Shown in pieces: positions 15,387-24,149 of a DNA stretch of 26,654 nucleotides (positions within the stretch are counted from its first letter, which is position 1; every line of letters starts with the position of its first letter). Both the position numbers and the translations under genes were made by a program. The notes under the pieces were generated by a model. The model ran no database searches and was not told the origin of the DNA. It saw nothing but the letters and a program-made list of their open reading frames with translations. The DNA is from an uncultured Candidatus Saccharibacteria bacterium (GTDB lineage: Bacteria; Patescibacteriota; Saccharimonadia; Saccharimonadales; AWTP1-31): the NCBI GenBank assembly GCA_964469435.1, contig CAYXYR010000002.1, positions 1 to 26,654 on the forward strand, read 5' to 3'.

Positions 15387-17534
15387 ATGGGGCAAACCCT
15401 CAATCTCGCAGGTAAACCAATTATAAAAGTAGAAACCGAATTTTGTGGTAAAACACTCAGTTTAGAAGTAGGCCGCGTAGGTTTTCGGACTAGTGCTAGT
15501 GTGCTGGTTCGCTATGGTGAGACTGTAGTACTAGGCACAGCTATGGTTGGTCAAAAGCCAATCGAGGGCTTTGACTACTTTCCGTTAAGCATAGATTACG
15601 AAGAAAAAATGTATGCAGCTGGCAAGATCAGTGGTAGTCGGTTCATAAAGCGTGAAGGTCGTCCTAGTGAGGAAGCTATTTTGATAGGCCGACTTATCGA
15701 CCGTCCGATTCGCCCACTGTGGCCTAAGGGCTACCGGCACGAAGTACAGGGCGTAGCCACAGTACTGAGCACCGATCCAGAGTTCCGCCCAGATATGATC
15801 GCCATGATCGCCATGAGTGCCGCCTTTATGCTAACAGGTGCACCATTTGATGGCCCGGTAGCTGGTGTGCGCGTAGGCCTAGTAGATGGCAAGCTCAAAG
15901 CTTTTGCTACTGCCGCGCAGTACGACGAAGGCGACCTAGATCTAGTTGTAGCTGGTACCAAAGATGCCATCATGATGGTAGAGGCTGGTGCCAATGAAGT
16001 TAGCGAATCACAAATTGTTGAAGGTCTAGAATTTGCCCACAAAGCTATTCAGCCAGCCATTGAACTACAAGAAGAACTAGTCAAGAAGGTCGGTGTTACC
16101 GCGCAAGAGTTCGAACTATCACTTCCGGATACTGACATACAACAAAGAGTCGACACGTGGCTAGAAGGCAAGCTTGGCGCCGGCTTACGCGCGCCGTACC
16201 CAGAACGCAATGAGTTGGTTCACGCTTTGCGTCGTGAAATGCAAGAGCACTTCACTGAGGAGCTTGGCGAAGAAGCTTACAAAGAACTTCGGCAAGATTA
16301 CGATGATGCTTTCCAGATGGCTCTACATAAAGATGTTCGCAAAGGTATTATCGAAGAAGGGGTTCGCCCAGATGGCCGTAAGATGGACGAGGTTCGTCCG
16401 TTGCAAAGTGAGGTTGGTTTGCTGCCACGCGCACACGGCTCTAGCATATTCACTCGTGGCATGACTCAGGCCATGAATATTGTGACGTTAGCACCAACCA
16501 GCTATGCGCAGATGATTGACACCATGGAACGCGATACCGAAAAACGCTACATGCACCATTACAATGCGCCTGGCTACACTGTTGGTGAAATTAAGCGCCT
16601 AGGTAGCCCTGGTCGCCGCGAAATTGGTCATAGTGCCCTGGCGGAGCGAGCTGTTTTGCCAGTTATTCCTACAGAGGGTGAATTCCCATACACAATTCGA
16701 GCCGTTACCGAGATTATGAGTCAAAACGGTAGTACCAGTATGGCCGCCACTTGTAGTAGTGTGTTGGCGCTGATGGATGCTGGTGTACCGCTAAAGCGTC
16801 CGGTCAGCGGTATTGCCATGGGTCTAATGTTGCACGATAACAAGCCAATCATATTAACAGACATTGCTGATGCCGAAGACTTTGCTGGCGACATGGACTT
16901 CAAGGTTACGGGTACTGAAAAAGGTGTTACTGCACTGCAGATGGACATGAAAGTTCATGGCTTGCCGGTAGAAACTCTAGCCAAAGCACTAGAAGAAGGC
17001 AAAAAAGGCCGAGCCAAAATCTTGAACCACATGCTCGAGACTCTTAATGGGCCTCGTAAAGAAATGAGCCCATATGCACCACGAGTAGAATCTATCAGCA
17101 TTAACCCGGATAAAATCCGAGAGGTTATAGGCAAGGGTGGAGAGACTATCCAAAAGATTGTCGCCGAAACCGGTGCCGAGATCGACATCAAAGACGATGG
17201 TACGGTAATGATTGCTAGCCCAGACGGTGCTAGCATCGATGCTGCTAAGCAGTGGATTCAGACTATTGTGGCCGAGCCAGAGGTTGGCAAGATTTACGAA
17301 AACGTACCAGTAGTAAGTGTGATGGACTTCGGCGCTTTTGTGCAGATTATGCCTGGCAAAGATGGCTTGGTGCACGTGAGCGAAATGAGCGAAGAACGCG
17401 TGAACAAACCAAGCGATGTAGTTAAGGAAGGCGATAAAGTGACAGTCAAGCTGGTGGCAATTGACGATCGCGGACGCCTACAGCTAAGCATGAAAGCTGC
17501 CGCCAGGGAGATCAAGGATGGCAAAAAAGCCTAA
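15387..17534 (+). CDS. pnp: Polyribonucleotide nucleotidyltransferase (PNPase)
   Basis: YFPLSIDYEEK, RFIKREGRPS, RLIDRPIRPL, RREIGH, SQNGSTSMA, GDMDFKV, KH (IIGKGG-like VIGKGG) and S1 domains. Confidence 0.99.
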   Translation: MGQTLNLAGKPIIKVETEFCGKTLSLEVGRVGFRTSASVLVRYGETVVLGTAMVGQKPIEGFDYFPLSIDYEEKMYAAGKISGSRFIKREGRPSEEAILIGRLIDRPIRPLWPKGYRHEVQGVATVLSTDPEFRPDMIAMIAMSAAFMLTGAPFDGPVAGVRVGLVDGKLKAFATAAQYDEGDLDLVVAGTKDAIMMVEAGANEVSESQIVEGLEFAHKAIQPAIELQEELVKKVGVTAQEFELSLPDTDIQQRVDTWLEGKLGAGLRAPYPERNELVHALRREMQEHFTEELGEEAYKELRQDYDDAFQMALHKDVRKGIIEEGVRPDGRKMDEVRPLQSEVGLLPRAHGSSIFTRGMTQAMNIVTLAPTSYAQMIDTMERDTEKRYMHHYNAPGYTVGEIKRLGSPGRREIGHSALAERAVLPVIPTEGEFPYTIRAVTEIMSQNGSTSMAATCSSVLALMDAGVPLKRPVSGIAMGLMLHDNKPIILTDIADAEDFAGDMDFKVTGTEKGVTALQMDMKVHGLPVETLAKALEEGKKGRAKILNHMLETLNGPRKEMSPYAPRVESISINPDKIREVIGKGGETIQKIVAETGAEIDIKDDGTVMIASPDGASIDAAKQWIQTIVAEPEVGKIYENVPVVSVMDFGAFVQIMPGKDGLVHVSEMSEERVNKPSDVVKEGDKVTVKLVAIDDRGRLQLSMKAAAREIKDGKKA

Positions 17535-17709
17535 ACATCTACTTCAGACCAGCCAGAGCCGCGCCATTATCGGCATAGCCCTGCTGGTAATAGTCTATCT
17601 GCTTGGCTCTCGTGCTCTAGACACTGGCAGCTTACAGCAATATGCCTTAACGATCGTATTGTTCGTAATCAGCATTCAACAGATTATTCGTGCTGTTCGC
17701 TCCAATTAG
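17518..17709 (+). CDS. Small two-TM membrane protein (63 aa)
   Basis: Two hydrophobic segments separated by SRALDTGSLQQY; start overlaps the pnp end; fills the gap to udg. Confidence 0.7.
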   Translation: MAKKPKHLLQTSQSRAIIGIALLVIVYLLGSRALDTGSLQQYALTIVLFVISIQQIIRAVRSN

Positions 17710-17714
17710 GCGTT

Positions 17715-18308
17715 ATGACCAAGCAGCAGATTCTTGATCAGATTAAGGCAGATATCTTGCAAAAGAATATCTGCCCAGATTTGGCCAAGACAGCCAATCA
17801 ACTGGTTTTTGGAACCGGAAATGCAGATGCCGATGTGGTATTTATCGGCGAAGCACCCGGCAAAAACGAAGACCTTAAAGGTGAACCGTTTGTGGGTGCC
17901 GCTGGTAAGTTTTTGGATGAAATGCTGGCCAGTGTACAGATGGATCGCTCGGACATTTATATAACCAACATCGTAAAGTATCGCCCTCCCAACAATCGCG
18001 ATCCTTTACCAGAAGAAAAGCAGGCCTTTTTGCCATATTTGTATGCCCAGTTGGCAGCAATTAATCCCAAAATCATTATTACCTTGGGACGTCACAGTAC
18101 TAATTGCTTCTTGCCGGACATGCAAATTAGCCAGGCCCACGGCCAGCCAAAACGAATCAAAGTTTTGGTTGACGGAAAACAGCTGCATTGGGTGATATTA
18201 CCTTTGTATCATCCCGCGGCAGCGCTATATAACGGCGGGATGCGACAAACCTTGTTGGATGATTTTGCATCTATCCCCGCAATCATTAATAAGATTGATA
18301 ATAAATAA
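17715..18308 (+). CDS. udg: Uracil-DNA glycosylase, family 4-like
   Basis: [37 protein letters not shown]. Confidence 0.92.
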   Translation: MTKQQILDQIKADILQKNICPDLAKTANQLVFGTGNADADVVFIGEAPGKNEDLKGEPFVGAAGKFLDEMLASVQMDRSDIYITNIVKYRPPNNRDPLPEEKQAFLPYLYAQLAAINPKIIITLGRHSTNCFLPDMQISQAHGQPKRIKVLVDGKQLHWVILPLYHPAAALYNGGMRQTLLDDFASIPAIINKIDNK

Positions 18309-18332
18309 TCTCCTTAAATAGAAAGGAATAAA

Positions 18333-20450
18333 ATGGATAACAATCCTAAACAACCAAACAACAAACCAAGGCCGCGTAATAACAACCGGCCCAACCAAAG
18401 TCGGGGGCCACGTGCGCCCCGGCAATCAAACCAAAATAACGCTACTGCCCCAGTGGTTCGAAGTGCTAGTCGTGGTGCTGCCCTGCGCGCCCAAAAACGT
18501 AACGCAGAAGACGCTCATCGTATTGCTAGTCAATATCTAGATGCCAGTAGTAAAGCACCGGCAAAGGCACGAGCTAACTTCATAGACGATCAACCTCGCC
18601 TCAAAGTGATTGGTCTAGGCGGTATGGACGGCGGTGGGTCCAAAAACATGATAGTTGTTGAGTATATGAATGACGCTGTAATTATGGACTGCGGTAATGA
18701 CCTTGGGGTAGATTTGCCCGGCATTAACTATGCTATTGCCGACACAACCTACCTAGAAAGCATTAGGCCAAAAATTAAGGCTTACATCATTACTCATGGT
18801 CACCTTGATCATATCGGTGGTTTGCCTCATATTGTGCCAATGTTCCCAGCGCCAATTTACGGTAGTAAATTTACGATTGGTCGGGTGGAAGAAATCTTTG
18901 GCAACTTTGGTTTGCCAATGCCCGACGGCTTTGAGCTTAAAACCGTCATGATGAACGAAGACACTCATGAGCGCCTAAAAATTGGCGAGTTCTTTGTGGA
19001 GCTAGTTCGGGTAACTCACTCGATTCCCGGTAGCACCTGTATTGTGCTTGACACCCCGGTGGGTCGGCTGCTCAATACTGGCGACTTTCGGCTCGACCCC
19101 AACCCACTAGATCATGAGCGAACCGATATCGAAAGACTAACCGAACTAGGTAACGAGGGCGTTTTGGCACTACTAAGCGAAAGTACCACGACCGACCGCG
19201 AAGGCCGGACTCCTAGTGAGAGTACTATCGAACAGAGTTTCATAGACATCATGGACCAGGCTCCAGGTCGAATTTTTGTTGGGCTATTTAGTACCAACAT
19301 GAACCGTGTGCAAATGATCATCAATGCCGCAGTACACCACAACAAAAAAGTGGCTATGGATGGTCGTAGTATGATTAGCACACTCGAGATGGCTGTGCGC
19401 CACGGTTTTGTGCGCATACCAAAAGGTACCTTTGTACCAATTGCCGCTGCATCTACTATGAAAGACGAAGACCTGGTCGTTGTCTGTACTGGTTCACAGG
19501 GTGAGCCAAGTAGTGCATTGCAGCGCATGAGTAAGGGCGATCATAAGCATGTGAAACTAAAAGAACAAGACACTGTTATCTTTTCGAGTAGTCCAATCCC
19601 GTATACCGGCAATGATGCCAAGATTCGCCAAATGGTTGATGAGCTCAACCGTATGGGTGTGCACGTTTTTCAGCATATTACTCATGAACTAGATGGCGTG
19701 GGCCCATTGCACGTATCTGGTCACGCTAGTATCGACGAATACGCCGATATGATTAATATGCTCAAACCTAAATTCTTTGTTCCAATTTACGGTGACTACA
19801 CTGGCAAAAAACGACACATCGATATTGCTCTTAACCAAGGCATTGCTCGTAAAGACACCTTAAATGCCGATAACGGTGACGTAGTTGCCTTTACGTCCGA
19901 TAAGATGGAGATAATCGGTTCGGTGCCTCACGGTACAGTGCTGGTAGACCAAACTGGTGCAATTGTCAGTAACGTTGTAGTCAAGGACAGGTTGATGTTG
20001 GCTGAAGAAGGCTTGGTGGCGGTAATTTTGACGGTAGATAAAAAGACCGGCAACCTACTAACCAGTCCAGACATAATTAGTCGCGGCTTTATCTATATGC
20101 GCGATAGCGAAGAGCTGATGAATACTTTTCGTACTGAGTTGCGCCGAGCGGTAGGTCAGCGCTTCAAGCGTGTTGACCTAGATAGATTTAAGCAAGAGAT
20201 TAAAGAGCACGTGACCCACTTCTTGTTTGAACAAACAGGGCGTAGCCCGATTGTGATACCAGTGGTAAATGTTCTAGGTGGTAGTCGCGGTGGCGAGAAA
20301 CAGCAAGCAGGTAACGGTACGCCAGCACGTCGTGGCCAAAAACAGTCTGCAGAGCCCGTAAAAACTCCCGAACAAGAAGCGGCAGAAATGCAAGAACGCT
20401 TTGCTCAGATGCGAGCACGCTTGCTGGGTCAAGACCCACGAGTAGACTGA
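18333..20450 (+). CDS. rnj: Ribonuclease J with N- and C-terminal low-complexity extensions
   Basis: ITHGHLDHIGG, VTHSIP, TGDF, GSQGEP, HVSGH, PIYGD, SRGFIY, PIVIPV; SD AAAGGA. Confidence 0.96.
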   Translation: MDNNPKQPNNKPRPRNNNRPNQSRGPRAPRQSNQNNATAPVVRSASRGAALRAQKRNAEDAHRIASQYLDASSKAPAKARANFIDDQPRLKVIGLGGMDGGGSKNMIVVEYMNDAVIMDCGNDLGVDLPGINYAIADTTYLESIRPKIKAYIITHGHLDHIGGLPHIVPMFPAPIYGSKFTIGRVEEIFGNFGLPMPDGFELKTVMMNEDTHERLKIGEFFVELVRVTHSIPGSTCIVLDTPVGRLLNTGDFRLDPNPLDHERTDIERLTELGNEGVLALLSESTTTDREGRTPSESTIEQSFIDIMDQAPGRIFVGLFSTNMNRVQMIINAAVHHNKKVAMDGRSMISTLEMAVRHGFVRIPKGTFVPIAAASTMKDEDLVVVCTGSQGEPSSALQRMSKGDHKHVKLKEQDTVIFSSSPIPYTGNDAKIRQMVDELNRMGVHVFQHITHELDGVGPLHVSGHASIDEYADMINMLKPKFFVPIYGDYTGKKRHIDIALNQGIARKDTLNADNGDVVAFTSDKMEIIGSVPHGTVLVDQTGAIVSNVVVKDRLMLAEEGLVAVILTVDKKTGNLLTSPDIISRGFIYMRDSEELMNTFRTELRRAVGQRFKRVDLDRFKQEIKEHVTHFLFEQTGRSPIVIPVVNVLGGSRGGEKQQAGNGTPARRGQKQSAEPVKTPEQEAAEMQERFAQMRARLLGQDPRVD

Positions 20451-20476
20451 TCTTAGACAGCGACCATATACTTTAG

Positions 20477-20505
20477 TTGACAAAAAAGCATAAGCATGAT
20501 AATGT
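20477..20505 (+). promoter_or_regulatory. Strong sigma70-type promoter of the 98-aa orphan
   Basis: TTGACA (20477-20482), 17 nt, TAATGT (20500-20505), with extended TG. Confidence 0.7.
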
Positions 20506-20545
20506 TTTTGTGTAATAGACAAAACAAAAAAATAGGAACAAAACC

Positions 20546-20842
20546 ATGCCCCAAGCATTACTTACCAGCCCTCAAGACGAGCAAAAGCTATTAAGTGCCC
20601 CACAGCCCCACACCGTTGCGGATCAGATTGCTGAAGCTGCTGCAGATCAAGCAACCCAGGAACAATGGGATCGGTTTTCGCCAATCAACCATTCTGGCCC
20701 TGAGGTCAAAGGTCAGACAGATGCTGACCGACTCACACCTGCACAATTGGGCAAGGGTGTAGTGGGGGCGATGTTCGGTGAGCAACGGCCAACCCGAGAA
20801 GCGCCAACACTTGCCGGCGGGCCATTGCGACGTTCTAGCTAG
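20546..20842 (+). CDS. Hypothetical protein (98 aa), monocistronic
   Basis: Own promoter, AGGA SD-like sequence, and a terminator 25 nt after the stop; no recognised domain. Confidence 0.65.
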   Translation: MPQALLTSPQDEQKLLSAPQPHTVADQIAEAAADQATQEQWDRFSPINHSGPEVKGQTDADRLTPAQLGKGVVGAMFGEQRPTREAPTLAGGPLRRSS

Positions 20843-20866
20843 CCTTTTACTGATAGTCGCATTGCT

Positions 20867-20894
20867 AAAAAAGACCCCTAGAGGGGTCTTTTTT
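20867..20894 (+). terminator. Intrinsic terminator (symmetric, potentially bidirectional)
   Basis: AAAAAAGACCCC-TAGA-GGGGTCTTTTTT perfect stem with T tract. Confidence 0.9.
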
Positions 20895-20913
20895 GTTAAC
20901 GACAATCGTCACC

Positions 20914-20942
20914 TTGACATACGTTGTAAAATTTGCTATAGT
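20914..20942 (+). promoter_or_regulatory. Strong promoter for a leaderless 90-aa gene
   Basis: TTGACA (20914-20919), 17 nt, TATAGT (20937-20942), extended TG, ATG 6 nt downstream. Confidence 0.75.
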
Positions 20943-20948
20943 ATACAC

Positions 20949-21221
20949 ATGACAGAAACTCCACAAGAAGATCCAAGACACATTGGTGACGTTCTGCGCG
21001 AAACCGGCTTTCCAACTGGTGATGTGGCCGACCTCGACAGGGCGCTAAAAAACAAGAGTCGTGATTTAGCTAGTGAGGTAGCCGACTTGGACGAGCAGGT
21101 AGCTGATGCAGCTGCCGCCGACCGAGAAGGATTAGCTCTGGATCCAGCTAAAATATCTGATCTACAAAGAGCCCACCTTGAGGCGAGGATCGAACAGCAT
21201 GACCAACCACCTAGTTCGTAG
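20949..21221 (+). CDS. Hypothetical acidic, probably helical protein (90 aa; MTETPQEDP...)
   Basis: Start set at ATG 20949 from promoter geometry; the longer ORF from 20778 would run through the terminator. Confidence 0.65.
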   Translation: MTETPQEDPRHIGDVLRETGFPTGDVADLDRALKNKSRDLASEVADLDEQVADAAAADREGLALDPAKISDLQRAHLEARIEQHDQPPSS

Positions 21222-21241
21222 ATAACAAAACAGTTTACCGA

Positions 21242-21250
21242 TGATATAAT
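21242..21250 (+). promoter_or_regulatory. Extended -10 promoter of ftsK
   Basis: TGA-TATAAT, 11 nt before the ATG; no clear -35 or SD. Confidence 0.6.
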
Positions 21251-21261
21251 ACAAAAACGTT

Positions 21262-23442
21262 ATGGCAAAAAGAAAAAGACAATACCACCGCAAAAAGACA
21301 CCGGCCGAAGAAAAACGGTCAGCGTTTTGGCCATTAGCAGGTGCAATATTAATGGTTCTGTTTGCAATATTCTTGCTGCTTGGTGGTTTTGGCACTGGCG
21401 GCCCACTTCCACAAGGACTGTTCCACGCAATGTACTGGACGTTTGGTTGGGGGGCTTATCTTACGCCAATAGCACTCGCTTACTTTGGTATCCTCAAGTT
21501 CAATAGTGATGATAGACAAATACCACTTAGTAATTTCGTTAGTATGATTGCAGGGCTGATCTTATCGGCTTCTTGGCTACATGTAACTTTTGCTAACAAA
21601 GATGCGTTGGCTGGCTATATCGGTGGTCACGGTGGTGAAGTTGGTAAGTTGCTCGGCGGAGTGGTGTTGAATGCAATCGACAAAATTCCGGCCTCGCTAA
21701 TGTTCTTTGTATTTGGTGTGTTGGCTTTCTTCTTTGCTTTTGCAATTTCGCCAAAAGTAATCCTAAAGATCGGCGAATTGTTTAAACGGCCCGAAGGCGA
21801 CACCGATTTGAGTGCTCTCAAGGCAAAAGCCTCAGAGCATGCCTTCCAACTTAACGAAGGCGTCCCGGTAGAGCATCATCGAGGTGGCCAGATGACTAGA
21901 ATGGCCTCGCTAAAGAACAGTGCGCAAAAACTCACTCCTACAGAAGACCACAGTGCGCTAACCACCACCAGCGACCCTGACTGGCAGCTGCCCAACACAA
22001 ATCTATTAATTCATAAGCAGGACAAGGCTGATGCTGGTGATATAGAAGAAAACGCCCAGATCATCAAAGAAACATTCGAGAACTTCAGCATCAATGTCGA
22101 GATGGAAGGTGCCAATATCGGTCCGAGTGTGACCCAATATACACTTAAACCACCTGCCGGTACTAAACTTACCAAAATTACTGCTCTAGAAGATAACGTA
22201 AAGTTAGACCTGGCTGCCAAGTCAATCCGCATGGAAGCGCCGATACCTGGCAAAAAGTTGGTTGGTATTGAGGTCCCAAACCTTAAACCTGCTACTGTGC
22301 GCATTGCTAGCTTGTTAGAATCTTCTGAGTGGACAACCAACAAAGACCCGCTAAGCTTTGTTATCGGAAAAGATATTGCTGGTAGGCCAGTTACACAAAA
22401 TCTAGCCAAAATGCCACACCTTCTAGTAGCTGGTCAAACGGGTGCTGGTAAGAGTGTTATGCTAAACACTATTCTAACTAGTTTGCTTTATCGCAACAGC
22501 CCATCAGATCTGAAGCTAATTTTAGTCGATCCTAAAACTGTCGAGTTCAAACCTTACGAAGACATACCACACCTAATAACCCCAGTAATTACCGAACCAG
22601 AAAAGTGCATCAGCGCACTTAAGTGGACAGTTGCCGAAATGGAAAGGCGCTACAAAGCACTTAGCGAGCTGCATCGTCGCAATATCGTAGAGTACAACGC
22701 TATCAAAAAAGAAGAAGGGATGCCTTACATCGTGGTTGTTATCGACGAGCTAGCTGACCTTATGATGGTGGCTGCACGTGATGTTGAGGCCTTGATCGTG
22801 CGGATTGCTCAAAAGGCCCGGGCAGTTGGTATCCACCTTATTTTGGCGACTCAGCGGCCAAGTGTCGATGTTATTACTGGTCTGATCAAGGCTAACGTAC
22901 CGGCCCGAATTGCATTTACTACGACCAGCCAGGTAGACTCACGAACAATCATCGACCAAATTGGGGCCGAAAAACTCTTGGGCAAGGGTGACATGCTGCT
23001 GTCGACGGCCGAAATGCCCAAACCAATTCGTGTGCAAGGTGCATTTATTGAAGACGAGGAAACTCACAAAATTACCGACTTTATTCGCAAACAACGCCAG
23101 CCTAACTATGACGACGAAGTGGTTAGCATGCCAGTTCAGTTAAATGGTAAGGGCGGAATTGTGGCCGATATGGATTCAGCCGACGAGCCGGTATTCCGTC
23201 AGGCTGTCGAAGCAGTAGTAGCCGCTCGCAAAGCCAGCACTAGCCTACTGCAAAGACGATTAAGAATTGGCTACGGCAAAGCTGCTCGGCTGATAGAAAG
23301 CATGGAAGAGCAAGGCATAGTAGGGCCGCAAGATGGCTCGCGCCCACGTGAAGTTCTGGTTAATAGTGTCGATGAAGTTTTTGGTGGTGGTGGAGCTGCT
23401 GCCGAGGGCGATGTCTACGATGATATCCCCAACGACGCCTAA
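21262..23442 (+). CDS. ftsK: DNA translocase FtsK/SpoIIIE
   Basis: N-terminal TM helices, IEAPIPG-like MEAPIPGK, HLLVAGQTGAGKS, IVVVIDELADLM, ATQRPSVDVITG, GAEKLLGKGDML, gamma domain STSLLQRRLRIGYGKAARL. Confidence 0.98.
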   Translation: MAKRKRQYHRKKTPAEEKRSAFWPLAGAILMVLFAIFLLLGGFGTGGPLPQGLFHAMYWTFGWGAYLTPIALAYFGILKFNSDDRQIPLSNFVSMIAGLILSASWLHVTFANKDALAGYIGGHGGEVGKLLGGVVLNAIDKIPASLMFFVFGVLAFFFAFAISPKVILKIGELFKRPEGDTDLSALKAKASEHAFQLNEGVPVEHHRGGQMTRMASLKNSAQKLTPTEDHSALTTTSDPDWQLPNTNLLIHKQDKADAGDIEENAQIIKETFENFSINVEMEGANIGPSVTQYTLKPPAGTKLTKITALEDNVKLDLAAKSIRMEAPIPGKKLVGIEVPNLKPATVRIASLLESSEWTTNKDPLSFVIGKDIAGRPVTQNLAKMPHLLVAGQTGAGKSVMLNTILTSLLYRNSPSDLKLILVDPKTVEFKPYEDIPHLITPVITEPEKCISALKWTVAEMERRYKALSELHRRNIVEYNAIKKEEGMPYIVVVIDELADLMMVAARDVEALIVRIAQKARAVGIHLILATQRPSVDVITGLIKANVPARIAFTTTSQVDSRTIIDQIGAEKLLGKGDMLLSTAEMPKPIRVQGAFIEDEETHKITDFIRKQRQPNYDDEVVSMPVQLNGKGGIVADMDSADEPVFRQAVEAVVAARKASTSLLQRRLRIGYGKAARLIESMEEQGIVGPQDGSRPREVLVNSVDEVFGGGGAAAEGDVYDDIPNDA

Positions 23443-24149
23443 GCAGCAACCCGATTAATCAACTTTAGTGATCTAGGGACGACTATTTTACCTAGTGCCT
23501 GGGCGATGGTGGCTGGTTCTTCACTAGACGGAAGCAATCGAAATGCCTCTGGCAGTTGAGCATTTCGCTCCAGATGCCAACTTACTCCACGGAAATTTTT
23601 ATCGAAAATCTCGTGCATGATTTCTTCGCCAATTTCATCTGAACCATTAAATCCATGCATAACTATGTCAGGGTTCTGTGCTATTAGTTGTCGACGACGT
23701 TCGGCTAATCGTTGCCACTGGACAGTTTTTCTTGCCATCCTGAATAAATCACGGGCAACAAGCCATGCTTCAACAGTGTAAACTCGGACTTCACGTTCAG
23801 GTAAAACTGGCGGTGCTGTTACTTGATGCAACCAGTTTTCGAATACTCTGGGCACCAGACCTTTGTTAATGGGCAAGTTACGAAATACTACCGGGTTGTC
23901 GGTTGGCGCGTCGTACGGCATTTTATACCAGGCTTCTGGCCAGTAAAAATGGTGAACACTAGTATGCTTTGGCCAAGCATAGTTGGGGTCGACAGTGGCT
24001 TTTACTTGGTCTACTAAGGTATTGATTTTTATAATGCCGCGTTCATCAACTGGCGTAGGTATCGGTTCAAAATCGGCGGCATTAGGATTGACTAGGCGGG
24101 CGTCGGGCGGCGGTAGCGTTTCTTGATTGTGCAAGATCGCTCCACCCAT
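23439..24149 (-). CDS. Hypothetical protein (236 aa), possible degenerate HNH-like fold
   Basis: Only long ORF in the interval; contains HHFYWP...FRNLPIN...FENWLH. Confidence 0.7.
   Translation of the reverse strand: MGGAILHNQETLPPPDARLVNPNAADFEPIPTPVDERGIIKINTLVDQVKATVDPNYAWPKHTSVHHFYWPEAWYKMPYDAPTDNPVVFRNLPINKGLVPRVFENWLHQVTAPPVLPEREVRVYTVEAWLVARDLFRMARKTVQWQRLAERRRQLIAQNPDIVMHGFNGSDEIGEEIMHEIFDKNFRGVSWHLERNAQLPEAFRLLPSSEEPATIAQALGKIVVPRSLKLINRVAA

Noticed and set aside
13211-20450. Possible TGA-to-Gly recoding (code 25) as in some CPR lineages
   Set aside because: truB and rnj end at TGA at their expected C-termini, and no gene is interrupted by in-frame TGA.
20778-20948. N-terminal extension of the 147-aa ORF in the track
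   Set aside because: Runs through the previous gene's end, a perfect terminator and a consensus promoter; ATG 20949 fits far better.
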